14,783 bases of DNA from a virus (taxonomy: Duplodnaviria; Heunggongvirae; Uroviricota; Caudoviricetes), in the IMG/VR virus record IMGVR_UViG_3300042298_002704; one strand, 5' to 3'. Below the pieces are notes generated by a model, which saw nothing but the letters and a program-made list of their open reading frames with translations, was not told where the DNA came from and searched no databases. Of this stretch, positions 12,892 to 14,783 are shown piece by piece. A program made the position numbers and the translations under genes. The stretch's first letter is position 1. Each line of letters begins with the position of its first letter.

Positions 12892-13731
12892 ATGAGTTTT
12901 AAAATTAATTCACTTTATTTGACCGACGGATACAAAACGTCTCACAAAGAAATGCTTGCCAAAGGTACAACTCGATTGTACGGAACTTGGATTCCGAGAA
13001 GTACCAAACACGCTCCGAAAGGAGTTTCAAAAATAGTTTCCTTTGGGCAGCAAATGACTTGGAAGTATATTCACGACCAATTTCAAGAAAACTTCTTTGA
13101 ATTGAGTTGGCAAGATGCACAAGTTTTTGTTTCTGATATGAACCTTTATTTAGGTTTACCTTTTGATGGTTCACATTTCAGACAACTTCACGAACTTGGG
13201 TATTTGCCCATTCGAGTCAAATCGTTGCCAGAAGGAATTGAAACAAATCCGAATATCCCGCATATGACCTTTGTCAATACAGTTGACGGGTTTGCGTGGT
13301 TGACTTTATATTTGGAAACGTTGGTTTCAAGTTTAGCATGGAAACCAAGTACATCAGCAACCATTGCGCTACAATATCGTCGTAATGTTGAAAAATGGGT
13401 TAAAAAAACTGATCCAAATCAATCATTTTTGATTCCGTTTCTTTGTCATGACTTTTCAGCACGAGGTTTGAATCCTCACGATATGATCGCATCCGGGTTA
13501 GGTCATGCAACAAGTTTTAGAGGTTCGGATACGTTGCCAGTAATTCCTGCTGCAAGATATTATTATAACGAACCTCAAAATGAAGTTTGTATTAATTCGA
13601 TTCCGGCTTCCGAGCATTCCTGCGCAACCGGGAATATTTTATTGTTTGAAGAAGAATATTATGTTCAAGTAACTTACGATGATGACGGAAATGTGGTTTC
13701 CGAAATTGAAGTTGATGCTCCTGCTTTATAA
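12892..13731 (+). CDS. nadV: Nicotinamide phosphoribosyltransferase-like protein (probable NARP1 Namat), N-terminal ~half only
   Basis: TDGYKTSH, PIRVKSLPEG, WLTLYLET, WKPST.AT, HDFSARG, GSDT and IPASEHS are present. It stops at 279 aa, without the SIVSD/RPDSG-type C-terminal motifs of full-length (~500 aa) NAMPTs. Confidence 0.88.
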   Translation: MSFKINSLYLTDGYKTSHKEMLAKGTTRLYGTWIPRSTKHAPKGVSKIVSFGQQMTWKYIHDQFQENFFELSWQDAQVFVSDMNLYLGLPFDGSHFRQLHELGYLPIRVKSLPEGIETNPNIPHMTFVNTVDGFAWLTLYLETLVSSLAWKPSTSATIALQYRRNVEKWVKKTDPNQSFLIPFLCHDFSARGLNPHDMIASGLGHATSFRGSDTLPVIPAARYYYNEPQNEVCINSIPASEHSCATGNILLFEEEYYVQVTYDDDGNVVSEIEVDAPAL

Positions 13732-14744
13732 TGCCCTTCAATCCAACCATCTAAAATATATTTTTCCATATCAATTCTAAGTATTTTTTTATTTTTTAAT
13801 GTATTTGGGTTATAAATCCAAGCATTGATTGATTTGGGTTTTTCAGGTTTAATTCGATATGTTGACCTGCTTCCTAATTTATAACCAATATTTAGATATG
13901 ATTCGACTGATTCTTCTAACACATTTATATGTTTTTCGACATCGGTTTCTGGATTATAAACATTTACTAATTTAGTTGGTTTAGGCTTACGTTTAATTTC
14001 GTAATCCGGATTTTCAGTTAAAAACTTATCTAATTCGTGAGTCAGAATTCGTTTGTGTTTTTTTAATCGTTCATTATAAACGTATGTTCTACCAAGATTG
14101 ATTCCCGATTTAACATTTCCCTTTGAATAACCGTTACTCAAATACCATTCCAAATCATTTGGATTTATATATTTGAGTTGCTTAGTTTCATTATGATGAA
14201 CTACTATTTTATCGCTTGTTGTATTTTTTACTGAAAAATTCCCAGTTTTTATTAATTCGGGAATTGAATTTTTGGGAACATATTCAAATTTATTATTAAT
14301 TAAGTTAAAAACTGGCGCATGATCCTTACGACCTGACCCAATGATGAAACCTAAACTGGTATATTTTTCAACTTCATTAAAATTAACATATTTGACTTTG
14401 CATTTTATCGGATCAAATAACGAAATTTTATCTTTATTATGACTGAATCCGTTTTGAGAATAAAATGGAAATCCGCCCTTTCCACCCAAAGTACAATTAT
14501 ATGTTGACCTATCTTGGACGAATTCGAAATCAACTAATTCTCGTTCTTTTTGAAGTGCTTCTTGAATAGTTTCAACAGAAAATAAAATTTCACGTTTAAA
14601 ATTATGTTTACCATATTTCTTAATTGCCTTCATTATTAATTTTCCGGAACCCATATATGGGTCAGTTTCAATATTTAACGAATAATGATATCCAATATAA
14701 ATTTTGGAATTTAGTAAATTGGTGATTTTGTAAATATAATACAT
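13674..14744 (-). CDS. GIY-YIG homing endonuclease (Seg-like) with ~6 C-terminal repeats; minus strand
   Basis: The reverse complement from 14744 reads ATG TAT TAT ATT TAC AAA = MYYIYK, so the track's '+' label is wrong. YIYKITN..N.KIYIG, YMGSG and AIKKYG..NF.REIL are present. It overlaps the nadV 3' end tail-to-tail by 58 nt. Confidence 0.9.
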   Translation of the reverse strand: MYYIYKITNLLNSKIYIGYHYSLNIETDPYMGSGKLIMKAIKKYGKHNFKREILFSVETIQEALQKERELVDFEFVQDRSTYNCTLGGKGGFPFYSQNGFSHNKDKISLFDPIKCKVKYVNFNEVEKYTSLGFIIGSGRKDHAPVFNLINNKFEYVPKNSIPELIKTGNFSVKNTTSDKIVVHHNETKQLKYINPNDLEWYLSNGYSKGNVKSGINLGRTYVYNERLKKHKRILTHELDKFLTENPDYEIKRKPKPTKLVNVYNPETDVEKHINVLEESVESYLNIGYKLGSRSTYRIKPEKPKSINAWIYNPNTLKNKKILRIDMEKYILDGWIEGHYKAGASTSISETTFPSSS

Positions 14745-14752
14745 ATTTTTTT

Positions 14753-14775
14753 CTCCTTTAAATATAAGTATCTAA
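14753..14775 (-). promoter_or_regulatory. Candidate late promoter (TTAGATACTTATATTTAA) plus Shine-Dalgarno AAGGAG for the GIY-YIG gene
   Basis: The minus strand reads ...TTAGATACTTATATTTAAAGGAGAAAAAAATATG. The SD is 8 nt from the ATG, and the 18-mer is 16/18 identical to 1865-1882. Confidence 0.6.
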
Positions 14776-14783
14776 AAAATAAT

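Noticed and set aside
13621-13731. Intein starting at Cys after SEHS (CATGNILL...)
   Set aside because: The segment is only ~36 aa, ends in a stop and lacks intein blocks B, F and G. It is more likely native NAMPT loop sequence.
12905-14744. ORF track strand labels '+' for 12905..13174 and 13674..14744
   Set aside because: Both proteins translate from the reverse complement (GTG at 13174, ATG at 14744). 13674..14744 is kept as a minus-strand gene. 12905..13174 is antisense to nadV with no motif and is rejected as spurious.
1-14783. Stop-codon recoding, tRNA genes, CRISPR arrays
   Set aside because: Genes tile cleanly under the standard code with TAA, TGA and TAG all used as stops. I saw no cloverleaf or regularly spaced repeat-spacer pattern.

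Overview
AT-rich window from a large T4-like (gp23-type capsid) tailed phage, most likely infecting Bacteroidota: it has two exact TTTG-N19/20-TAnnTTTG promoters and a bS21 with a Bacteroidota-style C-terminus. Left part (1-4729) is a late head operon: small head-associated ORFs, a phage ribosomal protein bS21 (rpsU), an acidic prohead scaffold and the major capsid protein, ending in an intrinsic terminator. Next is a free-standing 700-aa Zn-finger/Vsr-like nuclease/GNAT (Hef-like) homing endonuclease with its own host-type promoter. An accessory block follows (7042-13731): metallophosphoesterase, a FETNSSSxHS protein paired with an atypical radical SAM enzyme, a Prs-like enzyme, a HAD hydrolase and a NAMPT-like enzyme. 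The Prs-like plus NAMPT-like pair matches the NARP1 NAD+-reconstitution anti-defence pathway. The NAMPT-like gene stops at about half the expected length, where a GIY-YIG homing endonuclease sits on the MINUS strand. The supplied ORF track labels 13674..14744 and 12905..13174 as '+', but both proteins read from the reverse complement. Best leads: (1) Shine-Dalgarno motifs on late genes but not on 15 accessory genes, next to a phage bS21; (2) twin hairpins with identical loops in the scaffold leader; (3) a possibly split NAMPT/Namat gene; (4) an 18-nt candidate late promoter shared by the head operon and the antisense endonuclease. All family assignments are by eye from motifs; no searches were run.
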